The notes: a model not told the origin generated them from the letters alone. A stretch of 32,564 nucleotides of DNA from a virus (IMGVR_UViG_3300020392_000044:1-32564), one strand, 5' to 3'; shown: positions 1 through 9,479, counted from the stretch's first letter. Translations and numbers: made by a program.

Positions 1-54
1 ACTGCCTCTTTTAATTGATTTTTCTATATGTCTTTTGTGCTTACCTGGAATCAT
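1..54 (-). CDS. 5' end of a gene running off the left edge (MIPGKHKRHIEKSIKKRQ...); possibly the next baseplate gene
   Basis: ATG at 54-52 opens a frame to the window edge, just downstream of the 70..3099 stop. A TAAATA late-promoter-like core (60-65, minus strand) lies 5 nt upstream. Confidence 0.35.
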   Translation of the reverse strand, partial: MIPGKHKRHIEKSIKRGS

Positions 55-69
55 TTTATTATTTACTCA

Positions 70-3000
70 TTAACCGTAACCGCCGCCACCAGAACCGGTT
101 CCGTCTCCAGTGTTCAATCTACTTAAATCAAGAGTGAACCGACCATCTTGATCACCCAGTCTAAACTGACCATCGTCTACGTTATTGCTTAAATTAAAAT
201 TTAAACTTAGATTTGAGCGATCTAAATTATTAAGATCAAATGGATCAAACTCATTACCAATTCCTAGTGCGGCATTTAACCGCTCTGTCAATGCGGCCGC
301 TTCTGCCTGTTTTTGTTCATATTCTTCTATAAGTTCTTTTTTAATTTCGTCGAAATCTCCTGGGTATTGGCCTTTATATGTGATCCTGTATGCTTCTAAT
401 GTTTGTCTAAATGTTCCTCCAGCAAACGTATGAATTACTCTGTAAGGTGTAAACTGCCCTGAAAATGATTTGTCCATGCTTAGATCTTTCATTTCACCTG
501 TATGTCTACTGCCATCATCGTGCCATGTGTCGTACTCTCTTGGGAATAAGTACGCAAAGAAAAAAGATACCTCACCAATACCATATGGTGCTACATTTTG
601 CTCTTTGCTTTGTTTTCTGACTTCTTCTACATCGTTGTCACGGTCGCCTAAATATTCTTTACCAGAGATATATACAAATTTTCTGTCTTCACCTATTGGA
701 GATTTACCCATCCAATATGGATCGCCCTTGATGTCTATTGCAGTCCTAACCATGTATGGTGCACCTAAGGCAGAATTAGACAACATTGTACTAAACATAC
801 TTCTATTGATAAATTTACTCGGTGGTAAAATAACATTGTTATGAGTTAAAAATTCTTGTGAATCATATTCCCCAAACGGTCTGCCTATTTCCATAATTTG
901 GCTTCCGTATTCTTTTTCATCAAATTCAAACTCTTCCATATACAGAGAATCATAATTTTTCGATGTACTTGTAACACTACCAAAGTCTGTACCTGAATTA
1001 AATCCAGGAGGTGTTGTTGACGATTTGGCTCCGTCTATGATTTCATCTACTTTATCTCTAGCCTCATCTAGTAAGCCTGGTAAGTTTATACCAAATTGAT
1101 CTAGTCCTAAGTCTCCTAATTCTGCATCAATGGTATCTATAAATCCATTTACACCACTTGCAAGTTTGTTTAATCCACTATCTATAATATCAAAAGGCAC
1201 AAATGCTTTGCTCATAATTTCTGCTATTTGACTATCTACTATAGAACTAATCTCTCCTTCGATTTCTTGTCTTAGATTTTGTATATTACTTGATAAAGTA
1301 TCTAGACTAGATGTCAAAGATCCTATTGTGTTTGTTTTTTGTAAAATGTTCAAAGGGGAACTAGGTAATCTTGCATTTAATTGTCGAATATTAAAAGTTG
1401 CTTTACTTCCTGCTCCAACAGGATTTAGTCCTGTTGCCAAACTAGCCAAGTCTGCTGTAAGTTCTATAGGCAGTTTTGCAAGTTTAGTTACTACATCTTT
1501 AATATCGTTTCCTATTGCCGCAAATTTTTCTATTATAATAGATTCAACTGTGGCTTTAGCACCCGAAAAACCTTTGTGTGCATCTTCAACATGTCCTTTA
1601 TCAGCGGCGCCGGCGGCTGATTGCCTGTAGTTGGCTTGTTTTCCACCGTAGCCTGGCATCATATATCTTATACCATTTGCTATTTTGAGATCAACATCAT
1701 AAACTTGATCATTTATACCAGTATAAAAGTATGCATACATTTTAGTGATATCTCTGTTTTTTGCCGCTTTTCTTACTGATGTTTTTTCTTTTTGACCGTC
1801 TACATCTACAGCAACTTCTTCTGGTCCTAATACATTAACAGAGTCTAGTTTGCCTGTTAGATAGTAGGTATGGGAAAGTGCCATCTTACCAGTTTTTGTA
1901 AATTTTTTGTCAGGCCAATCGTATGTTTTATAAATTGTAGGAATAACTTGGAAGGTTTGATCTTTTTTAAGTTGTTCTTTGTCGTCTTTAGTAGCCGCCT
2001 CTTTACCTATTTCATATCTGTGTGCTAGATCACAAAAATCACTGTTTAATGATGCAAGTTGCATCATTACTTCGTTTGAAGGAGTGCCGGCAGGAATTTT
2101 TATCCTTATGCCTTTGCCTTTAAGTGCATTAGGGTCTGCTGTATCTTCTTTACCTGACTTATCTTCTGTTTCTACACCCTCTTTGGTTTTATTTTTAAAG
2201 TCTTTGATTTTTTTAAGTGAAATATCTGCTGTATAATATTCTGGATCTATAGGCAATCCATCTTTGAATATATCCGGAGCACTAGGCATGCCTTCTTTTG
2301 CTAATGCGTAAGATCCTGTTTCTACTGCAAAATCATCACCTGTTGTGCTTTCGTCAGGTAATGCTTTTTGTTGATCCTGCATTTGTTTTGAAAAACTTTC
2401 GAGTAATTCTGCTACTGTGCCGTTTTCAGATTCAATAGTTATATCTTTGGCAACATTTTTTACACTTCTGTCTGCACTTTTATTAATTTCAGAAATAGTT
2501 ACAGCATTCATACTGTAAGTTGTTCCTGATGTTTGTGGATCAATATCAAAATTAACAATTCTAAATGGAATAGCAGTATGATAAAATACTTCGCCAAAAT
2601 CAGGTTCACCGCCTTTAGCATTTTCTTCATCCCCATATCCCAATAATTCTATCTCCATCAAGTATGGCATGGTTTGTAAGGGTGGTCCACTTCCAGGAAA
2701 AGGAATACCTGCTTCTTTGTTTAATTCGTATGCAGTTCGATTTAGTAAATCTATAAGAGACATACCAAAGGGTTCTGTTAATTCAAAAGTTAATCTATAA
2801 TTAGAATTACTATTACCTGATAAATTTGCTGGAGGACTATGATGTACTACACTAAAAATTTGTAATTGGTCTACAACGAATTTAGTGACACCAGTTTGTG
2901 CAATAATAATTCTAGAGGCTTGGTCAAAGTTTAAATCTACTTCTCCAGTTTGATAAAAGGTGTATGGCAACATACTCATAGTTAATCTGTATGTGTAAGA

Positions 3001-3099
3001 CCTGTATGCATCAACGGGATTGATTAAAATGTTTTGTGCAAGTTCTTCCGGCAAAAGATTTTCATATGTGCTTTCATTAACTAGATATGGGGAAGCCAT
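70..3099 (-). CDS. Large baseplate hub-like tail protein (gp27/VgrG-hub-like)
   Basis: 1009 aa ORF in a tail operon. IKGDPYW and the C-terminal SGQFTPYRVIHTFAGGTFRQTLEAYR resemble hub-protein motifs of large myoviruses. It follows the gp53-like and tube-initiator-like genes. Confidence 0.55.
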   Translation of the reverse strand: MASPYLVNESTYENLLPEELAQNILINPVDAYRSYTYRLTMSMLPYTFYQTGEVDLNFDQASRIIIAQTGVTKFVVDQLQIFSVVHHSPPANLSGNSNSNYRLTFELTEPFGMSLIDLLNRTAYELNKEAGIPFPGSGPPLQTMPYLMEIELLGYGDEENAKGGEPDFGEVFYHTAIPFRIVNFDIDPQTSGTTYSMNAVTISEINKSADRSVKNVAKDITIESENGTVAELLESFSKQMQDQQKALPDESTTGDDFAVETGSYALAKEGMPSAPDIFKDGLPIDPEYYTADISLKKIKDFKNKTKEGVETEDKSGKEDTADPNALKGKGIRIKIPAGTPSNEVMMQLASLNSDFCDLAHRYEIGKEAATKDDKEQLKKDQTFQVIPTIYKTYDWPDKKFTKTGKMALSHTYYLTGKLDSVNVLGPEEVAVDVDGQKEKTSVRKAAKNRDITKMYAYFYTGINDQVYDVDLKIANGIRYMMPGYGGKQANYRQSAAGAADKGHVEDAHKGFSGAKATVESIIIEKFAAIGNDIKDVVTKLAKLPIELTADLASLATGLNPVGAGSKATFNIRQLNARLPSSPLNILQKTNTIGSLTSSLDTLSSNIQNLRQEIEGEISSIVDSQIAEIMSKAFVPFDIIDSGLNKLASGVNGFIDTIDAELGDLGLDQFGINLPGLLDEARDKVDEIIDGAKSSTTPPGFNSGTDFGSVTSTSKNYDSLYMEEFEFDEKEYGSQIMEIGRPFGEYDSQEFLTHNNVILPPSKFINRSMFSTMLSNSALGAPYMVRTAIDIKGDPYWMGKSPIGEDRKFVYISGKEYLGDRDNDVEEVRKQSKEQNVAPYGIGEVSFFFAYLFPREYDTWHDDGSRHTGEMKDLSMDKSFSGQFTPYRVIHTFAGGTFRQTLEAYRITYKGQYPGDFDEIKKELIEEYEQKQAEAAALTERLNAALGIGNEFDPFDLNNLDRSNLSLNFNLSNNVDDGQFRLGDQDGRFTLDLSRLNTGDGTGSGGGGYG

Positions 3100-3100
3100 T

Positions 3101-3406
3101 TTATACTCCTGCTATTTGTTTTGCTCTATCTACCGAAACTAATCTAATCACTACACCTTCTTTGAAATCCGTGATTGGATCTTTTATTATTTCCAAATTA
3201 CATAATGTGATTATCCACCATAATTCGGTACTTCCAAATTTATCAAATGCCAACAAGTCAGGACGATTAGCATATTTTTTTGAAATTCTAAACTTGGTGT
3301 CTGAAGTTGCACTTGGCACTTTGGGTAAATTTCCATAGTTTAATCCTGTGTAGAATGACATGTTTCTTGCATTTTTTAAAAAACTATTTTTATTATATAC
3401 TGTCAT
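3101..3406 (-). CDS. Baseplate wedge protein, gp53-like / LysM-like
   Basis: KYANRPDLLAFDKFGSTELWWII...N matches the RPDxxAxxxYGxxxLWW pattern of gp53/LysM-like baseplate proteins. Coupled to the upstream gene by a TAATG overlap. Confidence 0.7.
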   Translation of the reverse strand: MTVYNKNSFLKNARNMSFYTGLNYGNLPKVPSATSDTKFRISKKYANRPDLLAFDKFGSTELWWIITLCNLEIIKDPITDFKEGVVIRLVSVDRAKQIAGV

Positions 3407-4152
3407 TAAATAAATCCTATGTTTTTACCCTGCCTCATCTGATCAAGATTAAATCTACGTCTGACTCTTCTTGGTGAGTATTGAGGCATAACTGTTATAG
3501 TAAATTCTAAGTCATTAGGTACATAAGTTACACCTTGAGCAGACTGCCCAGGTCCAGATGCTGAGTCTACAAACGCACTTTGAAACTCATTTGTTGTTCC
3601 TTTTACTGTTGGATGTGCGATTGGAGTATAATCCACATTGTTTGGCATAATATAGTTGACGTCATTTACTATTACTGGCACTCTGTCGTAGCCATGTGGT
3701 CCCAAATAACTGAATTCTAATACAGGAGGTGGTCTTCCAAATTTTCCTGACCTTACTGCAGATTCACCAAACTGTGCTTTTGTTGATACTTTTAAAAATT
3801 GTAACATTGCTAATAGATACCTGCCTTCTTCTTGATTAGTAACTGTATAAGGAACCTGTATAGGCAATGTAGGAGGCATACTGCTCATATAAGTATGCAA
3901 GGGGTAGTTCGAACCCTGAAATGTTGCAGTATCGTATGTGGCACTATAGGCAATAAAGATACTTGGTTGATAGTGGAACATAATTCCTCTATCCAGTTTA
4001 AGTGGACCCATTATATTAGTTTCTGGATCTATGTCTCCAAAAAATTCGTTCACATTGGCTCGCATAACTTGTAGCCGTGCTCTCCAATCCATATCTAATT
4101 TTGGATTGATGCCGGCTTTACTGTTTGCGGCCTTACCTGGTTGCTCTGCCAT
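3406..4152 (-). CDS. Tail tube initiator / baseplate-tube junction protein (gp48/gp54-like, CIS tube fold)
   Basis: GRPPPVLEFSYLG...RVPVIVNDVNYIMPNNVDY and YVPNDLEFTITVMPQY are typical of tube-fold baseplate proteins. AGGAG RBS at 4158-4162 (minus). Confidence 0.6.
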   Translation of the reverse strand: MAEQPGKAANSKAGINPKLDMDWRARLQVMRANVNEFFGDIDPETNIMGPLKLDRGIMFHYQPSIFIAYSATYDTATFQGSNYPLHTYMSSMPPTLPIQVPYTVTNQEEGRYLLAMLQFLKVSTKAQFGESAVRSGKFGRPPPVLEFSYLGPHGYDRVPVIVNDVNYIMPNNVDYTPIAHPTVKGTTNEFQSAFVDSASGPGQSAQGVTYVPNDLEFTITVMPQYSPRRVRRRFNLDQMRQGKNIGFI

Positions 4153-4174
4153 TCTTTCTCCTGATTGTCATATG

Positions 4175-4182
4175 TATTTATC
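4175..4182 (-). promoter_or_regulatory. T4-type late promoter (GATAAATA)
   Basis: tatttatc on the plus strand reads GATAAATA on the minus strand, upstream of the tail operon. It is a variant of the T4 gp55 consensus TATAAATA. Confidence 0.7.
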
Positions 4183-4228
4183 GATATCAATAAAGTAGCC
4201 GTTATTGGCCAGAATTGGATAATTATAC

Positions 4229-4256
4229 TTGACACTAGAAAAAATTAATGTATAAT
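4229..4256 (+). promoter_or_regulatory. Sigma70-type early promoter
   Basis: Perfect TTGACA (4229-4234), 16 nt spacer, TATAAT (4251-4256), followed by an AAGGAG RBS at 4271-4276. Confidence 0.8.
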
Positions 4257-4280
4257 AATTGGTAATCATAAGGAGATAAA

Positions 4281-5126
4281 ATGGTCGCAAAAGTGAAATA
4301 CTTGAATAACAAAGATTTGCTTAAACAAATACATCTTAGCAAGATGTCTTTTTGTTGGATAAAATCACCACAATACGATTATCCAGATATTATTATTAAC
4401 AAAGAAGACGAAATTACTGCAGATGTTATACTAGAAGCAAAAACAAACAAAGCAGGTAAAATGAAAGACTTTGCATATCAGCAGGCAGTTGCTGGATACG
4501 AAGGACCTGCAAACAAGAAACCAAGACAAAAAGATTTTTTAGTAGATCCAGAGGATATTGCAGATGACGATGTTGTAGTTAGAAAAATGACATACGAGCA
4601 TATTCCTTTAGAACCAGGTCGTAAAAAGAATCCAAGAAACGAAGCAGAAACAAAAGCAAAAGTAAATTTTCCACCTTTTAAACATTATGGACTTGTTAGC
4701 GGAGAGTGGGTAGAAGTTGCTAGAAGCCATTGGAAAGGCGGACCTAAAAGCGGTAAGTTTTCTGTTGATCACGGAAGTATAACAAATGAATTAGGTAAAA
4801 TGTATCTTAAGTTAGTCGATAGATATAGCCAAAGATCCAATTGGAGAGGTTATACTTATGTTGACGAAATGAGAGGACAAGCATTATTACAATTAGCAAT
4901 GATAGGCTTACAGTTTAATGAAGCAAAATCGGATAATCCGTTTGCTTATTATACAGCCGCAGTTAATAATAGTTTTACAAGAGTGTTAAATATAGAAAAG
5001 AAAAATCAAAACATACGAGACGATATACTTATTGACTCTGGACACTTACCAAGTTACAGTAGACAGATTCAGCACGAAGAAGAAATGAAAGCACTTAGAA
5101 AAGCCAATTCTGATTCGGATGCCTAA
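4281..5126 (+). CDS. gp55: Late-transcription sigma factor (T4 gp55-like)
   Basis: N-terminal KYLNNKDLL; RSNWRGYTYVDEM; QFNEAKSDNPFAYYT...NSFTRVLNIEKKNQ. Directly upstream of gp47/gp46, as in T4-like phages. Confidence 0.85.
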   Translation: MVAKVKYLNNKDLLKQIHLSKMSFCWIKSPQYDYPDIIINKEDEITADVILEAKTNKAGKMKDFAYQQAVAGYEGPANKKPRQKDFLVDPEDIADDDVVVRKMTYEHIPLEPGRKKNPRNEAETKAKVNFPPFKHYGLVSGEWVEVARSHWKGGPKSGKFSVDHGSITNELGKMYLKLVDRYSQRSNWRGYTYVDEMRGQALLQLAMIGLQFNEAKSDNPFAYYTAAVNNSFTRVLNIEKKNQNIRDDILIDSGHLPSYSRQIQHEEEMKALRKANSDSDA

Positions 5127-5128
5127 GT

Positions 5129-6142
5129 ATGTCAAATAATTTATTCGACAAAGCAATAGTCTTTACAGACATACACTATGGCCTTAAGTCAAACAGTCAC
5201 CAACATTTAAAAGATTGTAGTGACTTTGTTGACTGGTTTATAGAAGAGGCTAAACTGCGAGATGTAAAAACCTGTTTCTTTTTAGGAGACTGGCATCATC
5301 ATAGAGCAAGTGTAAATGTTGCAACACTAAATGCCAGTTACAAGGATCTTAAAAAACTTAATGAGTTTTTTGATAAGGTGTATTTTATAACAGGTAATCA
5401 TGATTTATATTACAGAGACAAACGTGAACTTAATAGTTTTGAGTTTGCAAGAGATCTTGATAACTTTGTTTTAGTAGACAGCATATTTGAAGAAGGCAAT
5501 GTTTCTATTATACCTTGGATAGTTGGAAACGAATATAAAAAAGTTGCTAAAATAAAATCTAAATACATGTTTGGACATTTTGAGTTGCCATTTTTTAAAA
5601 TGAATGCAATGGTTGAAATGCCAGACCATGGCGGAATTAATGCGTCTATGTTGAAAAACAACGAATATGTTTTTACAGGACACTTTCACAAAAGGCAATA
5701 CGATAAAAATATTCACTATATAGGAAATGCTTTTCCGCACAATTACGCAGATGCCGGTGACAATGATAGAGGCTATATGTATTTGGAATGGGACAAAGAA
5801 CCAGTATATGTAAACTGGCCTGAATGTCCTAAGTATGTAACATGTGGTTTAGTTGAATTAATTGACGACCCAGCAAAGTTTTTAGATGCATACACTTATG
5901 CAAGAATAAAATTAGATGTTGATATTAGTTACGAAGAAGCAACATTTATCAAAGAAAATTTTATGGAGAAATATAAGTGTAGAGAGATACAACTTGTACC
6001 TATAAAAGAAGTAGAAGAAGAATACGAAGCGGGTGAAATACAATTCGAAAGTGTTGAACAAATTGTTATTAGCCAATTGCAAACAATAGAAAGTAACACT
6101 ATAGATACAGAAAAATTAATTGACATTTATCAGAACTTATAA
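5129..6142 (+). CDS. gp47: Recombination endonuclease, Mre11/SbcD-like (gp47)
   Basis: Metallophosphoesterase motifs DIHYG, GDWHH, GNHD, GHFE and GHFH. Confidence 0.92.
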   Translation: MSNNLFDKAIVFTDIHYGLKSNSHQHLKDCSDFVDWFIEEAKLRDVKTCFFLGDWHHHRASVNVATLNASYKDLKKLNEFFDKVYFITGNHDLYYRDKRELNSFEFARDLDNFVLVDSIFEEGNVSIIPWIVGNEYKKVAKIKSKYMFGHFELPFFKMNAMVEMPDHGGINASMLKNNEYVFTGHFHKRQYDKNIHYIGNAFPHNYADAGDNDRGYMYLEWDKEPVYVNWPECPKYVTCGLVELIDDPAKFLDAYTYARIKLDVDISYEEATFIKENFMEKYKCREIQLVPIKEVEEEYEAGEIQFESVEQIVISQLQTIESNTIDTEKLIDIYQNL

Positions 6143-6145
6143 TTT

Positions 6146-7915
6146 ATGCTTAAAATAAAAAACATCAGTGTGAAAAATTTCATGAGTGTTGGTAACAATG
6201 CTCAAGGTGTGAGATTCGATGATAAAAATTTAACACTTGTACTTGGTAATAATTTAGACTTAGGTGGCGATGGTAGTAGAAACGGCACAGGTAAAACTAC
6301 AATTATTAATGCACTAAGTTATGCATTATATGGTGATGCTCTAACCAATATTAGAAAAGACAATCTAATTAATAAGACAAATGGCAAAGGCATGATTGTC
6401 AGTGTTGATTTTGAGATTAATGGTATTGATTATAGAATTGAAAGAGGCAGACGTCCAAATGTATTACGTTTTTATGTAGACGGAACAGAACACGAAGATC
6501 AAGAACAGCAAGGCGATAGCAGAGAAACACAAAAAGATATAGAAAAAGTATTAGGGTTTAGTCATCAAATGTTCAAACACATTGTTGCATTAAACACATA
6601 CACTGAGCCTTTTTTAGGAATGAAGAACAACGATCAAAGAGACATGATCGAACAACTGCTAGGCATTCAAGAACTATCTGAAAAAGCAGAAACATTAAAA
6701 GAAAGAATGAAAGATACTAGGGATAGTATCAAAGAAGAAGAGATTAGAATAAATGCTCTTAAAGATAGTAATTCAAGGATGGAAAAAAATATCAAAGAAA
6801 TTGAAAGTCGTAGTATGGCATGGGAGGCTAATAAAAAATCTAAACTAGAAGAAATGGCTTCTGCATTAGAACAACTTAACGAATTAGATGTTGATTCCGA
6901 AATAGCAAAACATAACTTACTGGTCGAAATAAAAGACCATGAGGCTAACTTAAATGTACTTGTAAGCAATATTACTAACACAGAAAACAGTATAAAAAGA
7001 AGTAATACTAAACTGCAAACACTAGAAGCAAATCTAGTTAAAGCAAAAGAAGGTGTATGCCCTGCTTGTGGGCAAGAAACAGCACATTTAGACACTCATG
7101 AAGAATATACGGCCGATTTAAACACCGAAATAACAGAAGAAAGAACATATAACGATAGTCTTATATCAAAGGAAAAAGAGTTAAAAACCGGCGTAGAAAT
7201 GCTAGGACCGGTTCAAGACCGCCCTAAAACGTTCTATAAAACTTTAGAAGAAGCCTTAACACACAGAAATAATGTGGATAATTTAATACAAAGCATTACA
7301 GACAAAGATAAAGAAGATAATCCTTACATAGAACAAATAGAATCTATGAAAGAAACAGGCATACAAGAAATTAGTTGGGATAGCATAAACGAACTAACAG
7401 CACTAAAAGAACATCAAGAATTCTTATATAAACTGCTTACAAGCAAAGACAGTTTTATTAGAAGGCGTATAATTGATCAAAACATTGCTTACTTGAATCA
7501 CAGATTAGCACATTATTTGAATGCAATTGGCTTGCCACATGATGTTAAATTTAACAGTGATCTTAGTGTGGAAATTACTGAATATGGCAGAGACTTAGAC
7601 TTTGATAATTTAAGTAGAGGTGAACGCAACAGACTGATACTAAGTTTAAGTTGGGCATTCAGAGACATTTATGAAAGTCTTAATCATCCAATGAATTTCT
7701 TATGTATAGATGAACTTGTTGACAGTGGCTTAGATGGTGTTGGTGTTGAAAACGCATTAGGCATACTAAAGAAAATGAGCAGAGAACAAAAGAAAAATAT
7801 CTTCCTTATATCTCATAGGGAAGAACTAAGTGGTAGAGTAAATGATGTGTTATATGTTATCAAAGAAGGCGGCTTTACAAGTTACAATACTGACACAGAA
7901 TACATAGGAAGTTAG
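6146..7915 (+). CDS. gp46: Recombination ATPase, Rad50/SbcC-like (gp46)
   Basis: Walker A NGTGKTT, coiled coil with CPAC zinc hook, signature LSRGE, Walker B LCIDE, and ISH motif. Confidence 0.93.
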   Translation: MLKIKNISVKNFMSVGNNAQGVRFDDKNLTLVLGNNLDLGGDGSRNGTGKTTIINALSYALYGDALTNIRKDNLINKTNGKGMIVSVDFEINGIDYRIERGRRPNVLRFYVDGTEHEDQEQQGDSRETQKDIEKVLGFSHQMFKHIVALNTYTEPFLGMKNNDQRDMIEQLLGIQELSEKAETLKERMKDTRDSIKEEEIRINALKDSNSRMEKNIKEIESRSMAWEANKKSKLEEMASALEQLNELDVDSEIAKHNLLVEIKDHEANLNVLVSNITNTENSIKRSNTKLQTLEANLVKAKEGVCPACGQETAHLDTHEEYTADLNTEITEERTYNDSLISKEKELKTGVEMLGPVQDRPKTFYKTLEEALTHRNNVDNLIQSITDKDKEDNPYIEQIESMKETGIQEISWDSINELTALKEHQEFLYKLLTSKDSFIRRRIIDQNIAYLNHRLAHYLNAIGLPHDVKFNSDLSVEITEYGRDLDFDNLSRGERNRLILSLSWAFRDIYESLNHPMNFLCIDELVDSGLDGVGVENALGILKKMSREQKKNIFLISHREELSGRVNDVLYVIKEGGFTSYNTDTEYIGS

Positions 7916-8566
7916 GTGAGTGGTTGGGAAGGCAATAACATACAACGACTCATAGAACTTGTTGGTGGTAATGTTAATGAAGATTTTGATACATTACAGC
8001 AACGTTCAATAGACGCACATAATCTTAGATTTGCAGATTTTATAAACAACAATGACATAGTTTTAGACTTTGGCAGTGGGTTAGGCTTTGGTGCTAACAC
8101 ATTTGCAGACAACGTATCACATTATGTTTGTGCAGATGTATCTCGCACTATGTTAATGTCTGCACAACAAAATACATCACAGCATACTAACGTTGATTTA
8201 AAACTTATATCACGTAATGATTTATCTGCATTAAAAGATTATAAATTTACTAAAATTATTTCCCATGCAGTTTTTGTGCATTTAGAAATACCAGAAATTA
8301 TTTTTTATCTAAAACAATTCAAAAATATTTTAGCACACAACGGTGAAGTATTATTTACATATAAAAATTTAGATTTATTAGACGTAAACGATACTTTACT
8401 TAATGATCACACAGAAAGACTTATGCGTAATAGAGAGTTCCAAACTCGCAGTATAAGTTATGTGAGTCCTACCGTTATTAAGAACATTGCAGAGCAGATA
8501 GGTTATAAGTATGTAGAAGTAGAGTGCGATGACTTTGATCGCACAGCGAGATTAATAAATGAGTGA
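7916..8566 (+). CDS. Class I SAM-dependent methyltransferase
   Basis: Motif I VLDFGSGLG, motif II CADVS, SHAVFVHL and ILAHNGEV. GTG start immediately after the gp46 stop. Confidence 0.8.
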   Translation: MSGWEGNNIQRLIELVGGNVNEDFDTLQQRSIDAHNLRFADFINNNDIVLDFGSGLGFGANTFADNVSHYVCADVSRTMLMSAQQNTSQHTNVDLKLISRNDLSALKDYKFTKIISHAVFVHLEIPEIIFYLKQFKNILAHNGEVLFTYKNLDLLDVNDTLLNDHTERLMRNREFQTRSISYVSPTVIKNIAEQIGYKYVEVECDDFDRTARLINE

Positions 8567-8984
8567 TTGGACTTACAACGGAGAAATAATAGACAACTTG
8601 CCAGAAGATTGCGAAGCCATTGTATATCTAATCACTAACAAACAAAACGGTATGAAGTATGTGGGCAAGAAACTAGCCAAACGCAAAGTTACTCGCCCGC
8701 CACTGAAAGGCAAAAAGAATAAAAGACGCAGTACAAAAGAAAGTGACTGGCGAGATTATTGGGGCAGTTCAGATCACCTAAAAGAAGATGTAGAAAAATT
8801 AGGCGAAGATCAATTCACAAGAGAAATACTTTACTTCTGTGCCAGCAGAGGCATAGCCAGTTACTTAGAAGCCAGAGAGCAATTTGAAAGAGAAGTGTTG
8901 CTCACAGACGATTATTACAACGGAATCATCAACGTTCGCATAGGTGGTTCAAAAATACTCAAAGAAAACATCAAGCCGCGATAA
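8559..8984 (+). CDS. Small GIY-YIG family endonuclease (catalytic domain only)
   Basis: AIVYLITNKQNGMKYVGKK, YWGSS, FTREIL, the conserved Glu in YLEAREQ, and YYN. At 141 aa it has no obvious C-terminal DNA-binding domain. Confidence 0.8.
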   Translation: MSDWTYNGEIIDNLPEDCEAIVYLITNKQNGMKYVGKKLAKRKVTRPPLKGKKNKRRSTKESDWRDYWGSSDHLKEDVEKLGEDQFTREILYFCASRGIASYLEAREQFEREVLLTDDYYNGIINVRIGGSKILKENIKPR

Positions 8985-8989
8985 CTATT

Positions 8990-9455
8990 TAACGAACAGA
9001 CCAAGGCACACATTACGGCACACCCGGCACACACATAGGACCATACACCACCCCATCGAGGCACATAATATCGATTTCCTTGAGACTCCATTGGCTTGGC
9101 GTCAGATCTGGAATGTATGGCGGCAAATGAAATACAGTAGCACGACAAACAGTATTAAACGATTCAGGCTCTGAGAAAAAGCAACCTGAGAATCCATATA
9201 GCCAAACTCTACAAAGTTATATGGGTTTCCGTGGGATTCGTGACGGTAGTGTATGAGGAGTAAAGGCCCACCGCTTCTTAACAGCACCCGAGTTAGAGAT
9301 GACGATGCATCACATGATGACAACTTTTAATTCACCTGTAGTAGGTGAATTATGACTCAACATACATGATAACAGATATAGTAAAAAGTTGCTAACAAAA
9401 ACTGAATGAACGAAGTGAATGAAGTTTGTAGTTGGCAAAGACACGAAGTGTCTAA
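8990..9455 (+). ncRNA. Candidate large structured non-coding element (RNA and/or ssDNA), unclassified
   Basis: ~480 nt gap with no credible ORF and many stems: 9041-9047/9114-9120, 9164-9168/9185-9189, 9191-9202/9216-9227 (2 G-U), 9328-9337/9343-9352 (perfect 10 bp), 9321-9328/9384-9391, 9399-9427 and 9439-9453. Confidence 0.55.
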
Positions 9456-9466
9456 AAAGGTTACAA

Positions 9467-9474
9467 TATAAATA
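9467..9474 (+). promoter_or_regulatory. T4-type late promoter (TATAAATA)
   Basis: Exact T4 late consensus, 5 nt before the ATG at 9480. Confidence 0.6.
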
Positions 9475-9479
9475 TTAAC

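Noticed and set aside
9005-9066. CRISPR or guide array
   Set aside because: Repeats are only 6-7 nt with irregular spacing, and there are no cas-like genes.
8915-9323. Short ORFs 8915..9148(-), 8944..9174(+) and 9102..9323(-)
   Set aside because: No RBS, atypical composition and mutual overlaps; the region is better explained as structured non-coding sequence.
8985-9466. tRNA, tmRNA, RNase P RNA or group I intron in the gap
   Set aside because: By eye there is no cloverleaf/T-loop with CCA, no GAGGAAAGUCC, and no interrupted gene on the flanks. Needs cmscan to confirm.
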